Shown piece by piece: positions 39,126 through 52,249 of a stretch of DNA of 64,000 nt. The first letter of the stretch is position 1. Each line of letters begins with the position of its first letter. The position numbers and the translations under genes were made by a program. A model generated the notes under the pieces. The model ran no database searches. It was not told where the DNA came from and worked only from the letters and a program-made list of their open reading frames with translations. Source of the DNA: Rubrivivax sp. (GTDB lineage Bacteria > Pseudomonadota > Gammaproteobacteria > Burkholderiales > Burkholderiaceae_C); assembly GCA_034522875.1 (NCBI GenBank), contig JAXHKY010000005.1, forward strand, positions 13,205 through 77,204. Reading direction: 5' to 3'.

Positions 39126-40952
39126 ATGCGCTCCCCCACCACCGCCTTGCCCCCCGCCCAGCCGTCCGCGCTCGGCGAGACCCGCTCCGACTGGGCCACG
39201 CTGCGCAAGCTGTTTCCCTACCTGTGGCGCTACCGCTGGCGCGTGGCCGTGGCCTTGGGCTTCATGGTGGCGGCCAAGCTGGCCAACGTGGGCGTGCCGC
39301 TGCTGCTGAAGGAACTGGTGGACGGCTTGTCGATCCGGCCCGGCGACGTCGCGGCGCTGCTCGTCGTGCCGGTGGGGCTGCTGCTGGCCTACGGCGGGCT
39401 GCGGTTGTCGACGACGCTGTTCACCGAACTGCGCGAGCTCATCTTCGCCAAGGCCACCGAGGGCGCGGCGCGCAGCATCTCGCTGCAGGTCTTCCGCCAC
39501 CTGCATGCGCTGTCGCTGCGCTTCCACCTGGAACGTCAGACCGGCGGCATGACGCGCGACATCGAACGCGGCACGCGCGCCGTGCATTCGCTGATTTCCT
39601 ATTCGCTGTACAGCATCCTGCCCACGCTGATCGAGGTGACGCTGGTGCTCGGCATCCTGGGCACGAAATTCGACATCGGCTTCGTCTGGATCACGCTGGC
39701 CGCCCTGGTGCTGTACGTGGCCTTCACCATCACCGTGACCGAATGGCGCACCAAATTCCGCCGCCAGATGAACGAATTCGACTCGGTGGCGCACAGCAAG
39801 GCCATCGACGCGCTGCTCAATTACGAGACGGTGAAATATTTCAACAACGAGGACTTCGAGACACGGCGCTACGACCAGAGCCTGGAGCAGCTGCGCCGCG
39901 CCGCGCTGAAGAGCCAGAGCACGCTGAGCATGCTCAACAGCGGGCAGCAGCTCATCATCGCCATCGCGCTGGTGGCCATGCTGTGGCGCGCCACGCAGGG
40001 CGTGGTGGCCGGCAGCATGACGCTGGGTGACCTGGTGATGGTCAACGCCTTCATGATCCAGCTCTATATCCCGCTCGGTTTCCTGGGCGTGCTGTACCGC
40101 GAGATCAAGCAGAGCCTGACCGACCTGGACAAGATGTTCCTGCTGCTGGCGCGCCACCGCGAGGTGGACGACCCGCCCGGCGCAGCAGGGCTGCGCGTGA
40201 CCGCAGGCGCGGTGCGCTTCGACCGCGTGTCCTTCGCCTACGACGCCGAGCGGCCGATCCTGCACGACCTCAGCTTCGAGATCCCGGCCGGCCAGACGGT
40301 GGCCGTGGTCGGGCCCTCGGGCGCGGGCAAGTCGACGCTGGCGCGGCTGCTCTACCGCTTCTACGACGTGACGGGTGGCGCCGTCACCATCGACGGGCAG
40401 GACATCCGCCAGGTCACTCAGGCCAGCCTGCGGCGCGCCATCGGCATCGTGCCGCAGGACACGGTGCTGTTCAACGACACGGTGGAATACAACATCGCCT
40501 ACGGCCGCCCCGGCGCCAGCCGCGCCGAGGTGGAGGCGGTGGCGAAGGCGGCGCACATCCACGACTTCATCGCCGCCACGCCCAAGGGTTACGACACCAT
40601 GGTGGGCGAACGTGGGCTGAAGCTCAGCGGCGGCGAGAAGCAGCGCGTGGCCATTGCACGCACGCTGCTGAAGAACCCGCCGATCCTGATCTTCGACGAG
40701 GCCACCTCGGCGCTGGACTCGGCCAACGAACGCGCCATCCAGGCCGAACTGCGCGCGGTATCGAGGGGCAAGACGGCGCTGGTGATTGCGCACCGGCTGA
40801 GCACGGTGGTCGACGCGCACGAGATCGTGGTGCTGGAGGCCGGGCGCATCGCGGAACGCGGGCCGCATGCCGAACTGCTGGCGCGCGGCGGGCGCTATGC
40901 GCAGATGTGGCGGCTGCAGCAGAGCGGGGAAGCGGGCGGCCACGGCGACTGA
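39126..40952 (+). CDS. ATM1/HMT1-type ABC exporter (fused permease and ATPase)
   Basis: FHLERQTGG, LLNYETVKYF, GPSGAGKST, GERGLKLSGGEKQR, DEATSALD. Confidence 0.95.
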   Translation: MRSPTTALPPAQPSALGETRSDWATLRKLFPYLWRYRWRVAVALGFMVAAKLANVGVPLLLKELVDGLSIRPGDVAALLVVPVGLLLAYGGLRLSTTLFTELRELIFAKATEGAARSISLQVFRHLHALSLRFHLERQTGGMTRDIERGTRAVHSLISYSLYSILPTLIEVTLVLGILGTKFDIGFVWITLAALVLYVAFTITVTEWRTKFRRQMNEFDSVAHSKAIDALLNYETVKYFNNEDFETRRYDQSLEQLRRAALKSQSTLSMLNSGQQLIIAIALVAMLWRATQGVVAGSMTLGDLVMVNAFMIQLYIPLGFLGVLYREIKQSLTDLDKMFLLLARHREVDDPPGAAGLRVTAGAVRFDRVSFAYDAERPILHDLSFEIPAGQTVAVVGPSGAGKSTLARLLYRFYDVTGGAVTIDGQDIRQVTQASLRRAIGIVPQDTVLFNDTVEYNIAYGRPGASRAEVEAVAKAAHIHDFIAATPKGYDTMVGERGLKLSGGEKQRVAIARTLLKNPPILIFDEATSALDSANERAIQAELRAVSRGKTALVIAHRLSTVVDAHEIVVLEAGRIAERGPHAELLARGGRYAQMWRLQQSGEAGGHGD

Positions 40953-41359
40953 CGGGCGGAGGCAGCCCACGGGCCCCATCCGCAGGGACGGCTCGTCAAG
41001 GCGTCTGGCCGGCACTCGGGGGGGTCGGGGGGCCTTGCGCAGTCCCTGCTTGCGCTGGGGATCACGCCGTCAAGGACAGCAATGCTGCCTGTGCGGACGT
41101 TCGACTTGATCGAGTGAAGGTCGGCGGTTATCAGCCGACGTTCGCGACGGGCAGCTTTGAGGTCAATCGCTTCCTGGCCACGATCCGTTCGGCCCGATCG
41201 GACCATGCAACTCACTCGACCTTCACGTCCAAAACGAATGGCTCCAGCCAACCCGACCGGGCCACATGGGCGAAGGACCTTCCCCACAAGGACGCGGCGC
41301 TGCCGGTGGCGACGGCATGAATGCCTCTGCCCGATCCTGCGGAGCCGGTGACTTTGCCT

Positions 41360-42127
41360 TCATGCGCCGCACACGCTCAGGTTGACGCCGGCCTCGGCCA
41401 GCAGGGCTGGAAACGGCGGCGGCGGCGGCTGGTCGGTGAACAGCGTGTCCACCTGGTCCAGGCGCGCCAGCTCGACCATCGCCGGGCGGTTGAACTTGCT
41501 GTGGTCGGCCACCAGCCAGATTTCGCGCGAGTGCGCGATGATGGCCTGCGCCACCTTGACCTCGCGGTAGTCGAAGTCACGCAGCGTGCCGTCGGACTCG
41601 ATGGCCGAAATGCCGATCAGCCCGATGTCGACCTTGAACTGCTCGATGAAGTCCACCGTGACCTCGCCGACGATGCCGCGGTCGCGCGAGCGCACCACGC
41701 CGCCGGCGACGATGACCTCGCAATGCGGGTTGTCCGACAGGATGGCCGCCACGTTGAGGTTGTTGGTGATGACGCGCAGTCCGCGGTGACCGAGCAGCTC
41801 ACGCGCCACCGCCTCGGTGGTGGTGCCGATGTTCAGGATCAGCGAACAGCCGTTGGGCACGGCCTGCGCGACGCCGCGGGCGATGCGGCGTTTGGCCGCC
41901 TCGTTGAGCTGTTCGCGTTGGCGGTAGGCGATGTTCTCGGTGGTCGAGCCCGGCACCCGCACGCCACCGTGAAAGCGTGTCACCAGCCCGGCCTCGGCCA
42001 GCAGCCGCACGTCGCGGCGCACCGTCTGCAGCGTGACGCCGAAGCGCTCGGCCAGCGCTTCCACCGTGACCGTGCGCAGACGCTGCACCTCGTGGACCAG
42101 CTCAAGCTGGCGCGGGCTGGGGTTCAT
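41360..42127 (-). CDS. glpR: DeoR-family glycerol regulon repressor
   Basis: FGVTLQTVRRD, HGG, NIGTT, ITNN, ADHSKF; divergent from glpD. Confidence 0.92.
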   Translation of the reverse strand: MNPSPRQLELVHEVQRLRTVTVEALAERFGVTLQTVRRDVRLLAEAGLVTRFHGGVRVPGSTTENIAYRQREQLNEAAKRRIARGVAQAVPNGCSLILNIGTTTEAVARELLGHRGLRVITNNLNVAAILSDNPHCEVIVAGGVVRSRDRGIVGEVTVDFIEQFKVDIGLIGISAIESDGTLRDFDYREVKVAQAIIAHSREIWLVADHSKFNRPAMVELARLDQVDTLFTDQPPPPPFPALLAEAGVNLSVCGA

Positions 42128-42132
42128 GTCAT

Positions 42133-42214
42133 GCGAATCTAAACGGTCGCATACGAACCATACAGAGGGTAAATACTGAACACAAACGAACGTCAAACGA
42201 ACAAAATAGAACAC
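42133..42214. promoter_or_regulatory. Divergent promoter region with phased GAAC direct repeats (probable GlpR operators)
   Basis: AT-rich; GAAC at 42155, 42178, 42188, 42199, 42209 (last four spaced 10-11 bp). Reverse strand resembles the GlpR half-site TGTTCG. Confidence 0.65.
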
Positions 42215-42228
42215 TGAGGACTTTTAAC

Positions 42229-43941
42229 GTGACCGACGCCGTTGCCGGGCACCCGTTGTCGCGCTGGCACCGGCCTTCCGTCCCCCGCCCCGTGAGCACC
42301 CATACCGACACCACGCGATACGAAGCCCCGGGCGCCGCGCCCGCCGCCCCGCCATCGTCGTGCGACGTCCTCGTCGTCGGTGGCGGCATCAACGGCGCAG
42401 GTATCGCGCGCGACCTCGCCGGCCGCGGCCAGAACGTGGTGCTGTGCGAGCGCGACGACCTCGCCTCGCACACCTCGGGCGCGTCGACCAAGCTCATCCA
42501 CGGCGGCCTGCGCTATCTGGAGTACTACGAGTTCGGCATGGTGCGCAAGTCGCTGGCCGAGCGCGAACTGCTGCTGCGCAGCGCACCGCACATCATGTGG
42601 CCGATGCGCTTCGTGATGCCGCACAACCCGACCATGCGGCCGGCCTGGATGATCCGCGCGGGCCTGTTCCTGTACGACCACCTGGCCCGGCGCGAGGTGC
42701 TGCCCGGATCGTGTGCCATGGACCTGCGCGGCAACGCCATCGGTGCGCCGTTGAAAACGCACTTCACCAAGGGCTTCGCCTACTCCGATGGCTGGGTCGA
42801 CGACGCGCGGCTGGTGGTGCTGAACGCGGTGGACGCGGCCGAGCACGGGGCCACGGTGCTGACGCGTTGCACCTGCATCGACGCCGTGCGCGACACCCGG
42901 CAATGGCGCGTGACGCTGCGGGGCGAAGACGGCAGCACCCACTCGCTGAGCGCGCGCGCGCTGGTCAACGCCGCCGGGCCCTGGGCAGCGCAGTTCCTGT
43001 CCGACCATGCCCATGTGCCGCAGCACAAGTCGCTGCGCCTGGTCAAGGGCAGCCACATCGTGGTGCGCAAGATCTTCGACCACGACCACGCCTACATCTT
43101 CCAGAACCCCGACAAGCGCATCATCTTCGGCATCCCCTTCCAGGGCGAATTCACGCTCATCGGCACCACCGACGTCGAACACCGCGGCCCGATCGGCCAG
43201 GCGCGCATCGACGACGCCGAGATCGCCTACCTGTGCGAACAGGCCAGCCGCTATTTCGAGCGCCCGGTGGTGCCGGCCGACGTGGTCTGGTCGTACTCCG
43301 GGGTGCGGCCCTTGCTGGACGACGGTTCGGGCGACGCGTCGGCGGTCACGCGCGACTACTTCCTCGACCTGGACACGAAGCAGGCACCGTTGCTCACTGT
43401 GTGGGGCGGCAAGCTCACCGCCTTTCGCAAGCTGGCCGAAGAGGCGGTGGACCTGCTCGCCGGGCCCATCGGCCTGCATCGCGCGGCCTGGACCGAACGG
43501 GCCTTCCTGCCCGGCGGCGACCTCAAGGCCTGGATCGGCGCGGCGCAGCGCCCCGACACCGATTTCGAGCGCTTCGTGCAGGCACTGGCGGCCCGCTTTC
43601 CCCAGCTGGCGCCGGCCCTGCTGCGGCGCCTGGCGCGCGGCTACGGTGCGCGGGTGGAGATGGTGCTCGGCAGTGGCGAGTTGGGTTTGGAAGTGGCGCC
43701 CGGTCTGTTCGAGGCCGAACTGCACTACCTGCACCAGTACGAATGGGCGGGCTGTGCCGACGACGTGCTCTGGCGCCGCACCAAGCTGGGCCTCTTCCTC
43801 GACGCCGGCCAGCGTGAAGCGGTGGCGGCCTGGTGCAGCGCGCACTGGGGCGAGTCGGGCGAGTCGGGCGAGCCGGGCGCGCTGGGCGGGCTGGGCCCAG
43901 AAGGGGCAGCCGCCAGCGGCAAGGAGGCCGCATGGAGCTAG
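42229..43941 (+). CDS. glpD: Glycerol-3-phosphate dehydrogenase (FAD)
   Basis: GGGING, STKLIHGGLRYLE, DDARL, KGSH, IGTTD, SGVRPL, GGKLT. Confidence 0.95.
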   Translation: MTDAVAGHPLSRWHRPSVPRPVSTHTDTTRYEAPGAAPAAPPSSCDVLVVGGGINGAGIARDLAGRGQNVVLCERDDLASHTSGASTKLIHGGLRYLEYYEFGMVRKSLAERELLLRSAPHIMWPMRFVMPHNPTMRPAWMIRAGLFLYDHLARREVLPGSCAMDLRGNAIGAPLKTHFTKGFAYSDGWVDDARLVVLNAVDAAEHGATVLTRCTCIDAVRDTRQWRVTLRGEDGSTHSLSARALVNAAGPWAAQFLSDHAHVPQHKSLRLVKGSHIVVRKIFDHDHAYIFQNPDKRIIFGIPFQGEFTLIGTTDVEHRGPIGQARIDDAEIAYLCEQASRYFERPVVPADVVWSYSGVRPLLDDGSGDASAVTRDYFLDLDTKQAPLLTVWGGKLTAFRKLAEEAVDLLAGPIGLHRAAWTERAFLPGGDLKAWIGAAQRPDTDFERFVQALAARFPQLAPALLRRLARGYGARVEMVLGSGELGLEVAPGLFEAELHYLHQYEWAGCADDVLWRRTKLGLFLDAGQREAVAAWCSAHWGESGESGEPGALGGLGPEGAAASGKEAAWS

Positions 43942-45053
43942 TGCTCAGGCGCATTGAGCAACGCGTCGGCGCCAGCCCTCACCTCTACCCGCTGGACCTG
44001 ACCCTGGTGCCACGGGCCGTGACGGTGCTGCTGGGCGCCACCCAGGCCGGCAAGACGACGCTGATGCGCGTGATGGCCGGGCTGGACGCGCCCAGCGCCG
44101 GCCAGGTGCTGGCCGACGGCGCCGACGTCACCGGCGTGCCGGTGCGCCAGCGCAACGTGGCCATGGTCTACCAGCAGTTCATCAATTACCCTTCGATGAC
44201 GGTGGCCGACAACATCGCCTCTCCGCTCAAGCTTCAGGGCCGGCTGGATCGTGCCGCGGTGGCCGCGCGGGTGGAAGAACTGGCCGCACGGCTGCACATC
44301 CAGCCTTTCCTGCCGCGGCTGCCGTCCGAGCTCTCGGGCGGCCAGCAGCAGCGGGTGGCGCTGGCGCGGGCGCTGGCCAAGGGCGCGCCGCTGATGCTGC
44401 TGGACGAGCCGCTGGTGAACCTGGACTACAAGCTGCGCGAAGAACTGCGCGAGGAGCTGTCCGACCTGTTCGCCGCCGGCGAGTCGACCGTGGTCTACGC
44501 CACCACCGAACCCACCGAGGCGCTGCTGCTGGGCGGCTATACCGCGGTCATGGACGCCGGCGAACTGTTGCAGTACGGCCCCACGGCCGAGGTCTTCCAC
44601 CGGCCGCAGTCGATGCGCGTGGCACGCGCCTTCAGCGATCCGCCGATGAACCTGGTGCCGGCCCAGGCCGCGGCCGACGGCATATCGCTGCCGGCCGGCC
44701 TGAAGCTGGTGTTGCCACTGCCGCTGCCGTTGCCAGACCGGCCCGCCGCCACAACGGCCCTGACGGCCCTGACGGCCCTGACGGTCGGCATCCGCGCCAG
44801 CGCGCTGCGCGTGCAGGCGCGCCCCGGCGACCTGGCGCTGCCCGGCGTGGTGGAGCTGGCCGAGATCTCGGGCTCGGACACCTTCGTGCACGTCGACACC
44901 GCCATCGGCGCCCTGGTGGCGCAGTTGGCCGGGGTGCACGTCTTCGAGCTGGGCCACTCGATCACCCTGCACCTGAGTCCCGCCCAGGTGCATGTCTTCG
45001 ACGCGCGGGGCGACTTGCTGCGGGCGCCCGATGCCCGGGCGGGGGGCGCTTGA
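43932..45053 (+). CDS. Glycerol ABC transporter ATP-binding subunit 1 (GlpS-like)
   Basis: [33 protein letters not shown]. Confidence 0.9.
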   Translation: MELVLRRIEQRVGASPHLYPLDLTLVPRAVTVLLGATQAGKTTLMRVMAGLDAPSAGQVLADGADVTGVPVRQRNVAMVYQQFINYPSMTVADNIASPLKLQGRLDRAAVAARVEELAARLHIQPFLPRLPSELSGGQQQRVALARALAKGAPLMLLDEPLVNLDYKLREELREELSDLFAAGESTVVYATTEPTEALLLGGYTAVMDAGELLQYGPTAEVFHRPQSMRVARAFSDPPMNLVPAQAAADGISLPAGLKLVLPLPLPLPDRPAATTALTALTALTVGIRASALRVQARPGDLALPGVVELAEISGSDTFVHVDTAIGALVAQLAGVHVFELGHSITLHLSPAQVHVFDARGDLLRAPDARAGGA

Positions 45054-45054
45054 C

Positions 45055-46151
45055 ATGGCCCGCATCGAGCTCGACCTGGCGCATGCCTACCGCCCCAACC
45101 CGCAGCGCGACGAGGACTACGCGCTGCTGCCGCTGAAGATGGTCTTCGAGGACGGCGGCGCCTATGCGCTGCTGGGCCCCTCGGGCTGTGGCAAGACGAC
45201 GCTGCTGAACATCGTCTCGGGCCTGGTCACGCCTTCGCAGGGCAGCGTGGGCTACGACGGCGGCGACGTCACGCGCCTGAGCCCGCAGCAGCGCAATATC
45301 GCGCAGGTGTTCCAGTTCCCGGTCATCTACGACACCATGACGGTGGCGCAGAACCTGGCCTTTCCGCTGCGCAACCGCGGCGTACCCGAAGCTCGCATCA
45401 AGCAGCGCGTGGGTCAGATCGCCGAGATGCTGGACATGAGTGCGCAGCTGGACCAGCGCGCTGCCGGACTGGCGGCCGACGCCAAGCAGAAGATCAGCCT
45501 CGGCCGTGGCCTGGTGCGCGAGGACGTCTCGGCGGTGCTCTTCGACGAGCCGCTGACCGTGATCGACCCGCACCTGAAGTGGCAGCTGCGGCGCAAGCTC
45601 AAGCAGATCCACCGTGAGCTGAAGCTGACGCTCATCTACGTCACCCACGACCAGGTCGAGGCGCTGACCTTTGCCGAGCAGGTGGTGGTGATGACACGCG
45701 GCCGCGCGGTGCAGGTGGGCAGCGCGAGCGAGCTCTTCGAGCGCCCGCGCCACACCTTCGTGGGCCACTTCATCGGCTCGCCGGGCATGAACTTCCTGCC
45801 CGCGCGCGGCGTCGGCAGCGGCATCGAGGTGGCGCGGCACACGCTGCCGGCGGCCAGCGCCGCGCTGGCAACGCTGGACGCCTTCACGCTGGGCGTGCGG
45901 CCCGAGTACGTGCGCCTGGTGGCCGCCGGCAGCGCCGGTGCACTGCCGGCGGTGGTGACGCAGGCGCTGGACATCGGCACCTACTGGCTGGTGACGGCAC
46001 GGGTGGGCGCGGGCGAGGGCGCTGCACTGCTGCGCGCGCGACTGAGCCCCGACCAGGCCATCCCGCAGGTCGGCGACGCCGTCTGGCTGGGCGTGGTCGG
46101 CGAACACACCTGCTACTACCGCGACGAGCGACTGATCGAAGGGCTGATCGA

Positions 46152-46155
<4 letters not shown>
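45055..46155 (+). CDS. Glycerol ABC transporter ATP-binding subunit 2 (rhizobial GlpT-like)
   Basis: GPSGCGKT, QFPVIY, KQKISLGRGLVR, DEPLTVIDP. Confidence 0.9.
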
Positions 46156-47837
<1,682 letters not shown>

Positions 47838-47838
<1 letters not shown>

Positions 47839-48146
47839 TGTTCGAGTGGATGGCGTGGACGCTGCCGGTGGCGGTGTTCTTCACCTGCATCGTGCTGATG
47901 CTCGCCGGCATGACGGTGTGGGAGATCAAGTCGCCCACGGTGCTGCGCAAGGGCTGGCTGCCCATGGCCACGACGCGGGGCGACCGGCTCTTCGTCGGCC
48001 TGTTGTGCGCGGCCTATGTCAATCTGGCCTTCGTGGCCGTCAGCGAACGCATGATCGAATGGTTCGGGCTGGAGCAGGAGCCTTCGATCTGGTTCAGTTT
48101 CGTGGCCTCGATGGCCTTGCTGGGCTTGATCATGCGCCGCGGCTGA
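47838..48146 (+). CDS. DUF2160 small membrane protein (GlpU-like)
   Basis: MFEWMAWT...RKGWLPMATTRGDRLF. Confidence 0.88.
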
Positions 48147-48235
48147 CCCTGGCAAATGTTGAAACGCGCACCGGTGGCAGCTTCCCGGCCGGTGTTGCCC
48201 GACTCCAACGGGAAGCGTCAAAGAGGAGATCCGAA

Positions 48236-49969
<1,734 letters not shown>

Positions 49970-50014
49970 GCCGAGCGCAAACGGCCTGCGGCGACCTTTC
50001 GCCGTGGCCGCCCG

Positions 50015-50055
50015 AGTGGCCCCCAACGACGCCGTCGTGGGGGCCACTTCTTCTT
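50015..50055 (+). terminator. Probable intrinsic terminator of the glp operon
   Basis: AGTGGCCCCC-a-ACGAC-gcc-GTCGT-GGGGGCCACT followed by TCTTCTT. Confidence 0.65.
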
Positions 50056-50124
50056 GGATCGGCGCCCGCCGCATGGCTGCGGCCCGGCTTTGCGGCACGG
50101 CCACAGGCCCAGAGATGCGAGCCA

Positions 50125-50250
50125 TCAGGCGACGTGGCGGAGGCCGTCAACGATGTCGATGCGGTACATCTTCCAGCTGGGCCAGGTCGCGGCCACCACG
50201 CCCACCAAGGCCGCGACCGCCATCTGCAGCACCATCGTCAAGACGACCCG
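50125..50250 (-). pseudogene. C-terminal remnant of FtsX/MacB-type ABC permease
   Basis: TMVLQMAVAALVGVVAATWPSWKMYRIDIVDGLRHVA*. Confidence 0.6.
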
Positions 50251-50292
50251 ACTAGCGGCTGTGTACCGGGGACAGCTCGGAACTCGATCGAC

Positions 50293-50325
50293 TTCACAAG
50301 CCCCCCCCTGCGTGTGTATCATACA
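50293..50325 (+). promoter_or_regulatory. hicAB promoter/operator
   Basis: TTCACA-N18-TATCAT; palindrome TGTAT-c-ATACA (50315-50325) overlaps the -10. Confidence 0.55.
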
Positions 50326-50326
50326 A

Positions 50327-50506
50327 ATAAGCAGCGCTGACCTGATACGTGAGCTCAACAAGGCAGGTTGGCGACTTGCTCGGGTCAACGGATCTCATCA
50401 TGTCTTCACGCACCCGCGGCGCACAGGCATCGTGGTGGTACCTCACCCCAAGAAGGATCTGGGGACGGGGTTGGTGAAGGCCATACGGCAACAGGCCGGG
50501 ATTTGA
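50327..50506 (+). CDS. hicA: HicA mRNA interferase; the expected start position reads ATA
   Basis: SSADLIRELNKAGWRLARVNGSHHVFTHP...VVVPHPKKDLGTGLVKAIRQQAGI. Confidence 0.85.
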   Translation: MSSADLIRELNKAGWRLARVNGSHHVFTHPRRTGIVVVPHPKKDLGTGLVKAIRQQAGI

Positions 50507-50520
50507 GAAGAGGCTGCAAC

Positions 50521-50928
50521 ATGCGTTACCCCGTCGTGATCGAGCCTGGCACCGAGACCGAAGCTTTCGGCGTCGTTGTTCCCGACCTGCCTGGGTGCTT
50601 CTCGGCCGGTGACACGATGGAAGAGGCCATGGCCAAGACCGAAGAGGCGATCGCTGCATGGATCGAAACGGCCCTTGATTCGGGGCAGGACATTCCTCAG
50701 CCGTCCAGCATCGACGCTTTGCGAAAGAAGCACAGGGAATGGAAGGCGTGGGTCTGGGCCGTCGTCAAGGTAGACCCCGCGGTGCTTGATGACACACTGG
50801 AGCGAGTCAACATCAGTCTGCCGCGTCGTGTGCTGCACCGACTCGACGCATTGGCGCGTGCCGCGGGCGAGACCCGCTCGGGGTTTATCGCCCGCATGGC
50901 CCTGGAAGGCCACCAGACCAACCCCTGA
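50521..50928 (+). CDS. hicB: HicB antitoxin with C-terminal RHH
   Basis: MRYPVVIE...VVVPDLPGCFSAGDT.EEA...ERVNISLP...ETRSGFI. Confidence 0.93.
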   Translation: MRYPVVIEPGTETEAFGVVVPDLPGCFSAGDTMEEAMAKTEEAIAAWIETALDSGQDIPQPSSIDALRKKHREWKAWVWAVVKVDPAVLDDTLERVNISLPRRVLHRLDALARAAGETRSGFIARMALEGHQTNP

Positions 50929-51228
50929 ACGCCATCGACTCCCTTCGGCGCCCGCTTTGCGGCCCTCGATCTGGGCTGCCGAATGCTCGCTCCGGGTCGG
51001 CCGCTGCCGACTGCGGACGTCGGCTGTCTGGTCGCCCAACTTGGGCGTCAGCTCTCCGGCGGTGAGATCGCGGGCCCGACCGGCGCTGGCCGACCCACTG
51101 CAGACGTAGCGCCCGAGGATCTGATTGCCACCAAGCAGACTCTGGTGTGCCGCTCCGTGAACGCCTTCGGCGACGTCACGGGGCTTTGGCCTGGTCAGGT
51201 CCCTGCGGAAAGACCCCGCAGCGCGACG

Positions 51229-52242
51229 CTATGTCCGATTCGCCACATCGGCTTGCACGGTCAGCAGGACACGCCCCCCAGCACCTTGCTCCACCTGTTC
51301 GTGGGCCAGCGCAATGTCCTGGAGCGGCAGCCGCGTTGCAATGGCCGCGCGCAAGCTGCCTTCGAGCAACGCGGACGTCAGCTCGCGCGCCGCCTCGGCC
51401 TTCACCGCCGGCGGGAAGTCGTCGCTTCCCAGCAAGCGCAGCGAGACGTCGGTGAAGGCCAGCTTCCAGTAGGGCATGTCGGGGCGGTTGGCAGACGAGT
51501 AGTAGGCGCTGATGACGCCGCCAGGCGCCATCACCTCGGCGTTGATGTCGATGTGCGCGGCGAAGTCCACTTCGGCGACGCGATGCACGCCCTCGGGGGC
51601 CGCCTGACGAATGCGCTCGACGATCGCCGGGTCGTCGGCGAGCCAGGCCTCGGCCGCGCCCATCGCAAGCACCGACGGCAGCTGCTCCGCGCGGCGCACC
51701 ACAGCGAACACGCGCGCGCCGGCGCGGTGCGCCATCTGCAGGGCCACCGCACCGACGCCCGACGCCGCGCCCCACACCAGCACGTCGAGCCCGGCCACCG
51801 GGCCGGCGGCGAACACCGCGCGGTGGCCGGTGATGCCGGCGATGCCCAGGCACGCGGCCTGTTCGAGCAACCCGGGTTGCGAACGCGAACCTTCGGGCAA
51901 GGGCACCGCCAGCGCGGCCGGCACGACCACGTGCTCGGCCGCCGTCCCGAAGGCACGGTAGGACTGGGCGCCGTAGCACCAGACCGCCTCGCCGACCCGC
52001 GCGTTCGGCACGCCCGCACCCACCGCGTCGATGACGCCGGCGCCGTCGCTGTGTGGCACGACGCGCGGGAACGGCATCGGTGAACCTTGCCAGCCACTGC
52101 GCTTCTTGACGTCGCCGGGGTTGATGCCGGAGAAGGCCAGTCGGATGCGCACCTCGCCCGCGCCGGGCCCGGGCGTGGGCATCTCGCCCACCACCAGAAC
52201 CTCGCGCGCCGGCCCTCTTCGCTCGTACCAGGCTGCCCGCAT
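51229..52242 (-). CDS. NADPH:quinone reductase (MDR family)
   Basis: GINPGD, PHSDGAG, GTAAE, GAASGVG. Confidence 0.9.
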   Translation of the reverse strand: MRAAWYERRGPAREVLVVGEMPTPGPGAGEVRIRLAFSGINPGDVKKRSGWQGSPMPFPRVVPHSDGAGVIDAVGAGVPNARVGEAVWCYGAQSYRAFGTAAEHVVVPAALAVPLPEGSRSQPGLLEQAACLGIAGITGHRAVFAAGPVAGLDVLVWGAASGVGAVALQMAHRAGARVFAVVRRAEQLPSVLAMGAAEAWLADDPAIVERIRQAAPEGVHRVAEVDFAAHIDINAEVMAPGGVISAYYSSANRPDMPYWKLAFTDVSLRLLGSDDFPPAVKAEAARELTSALLEGSLRAAIATRLPLQDIALAHEQVEQGAGGRVLLTVQADVANRT

Positions 52243-52249
52243 GATGGTC

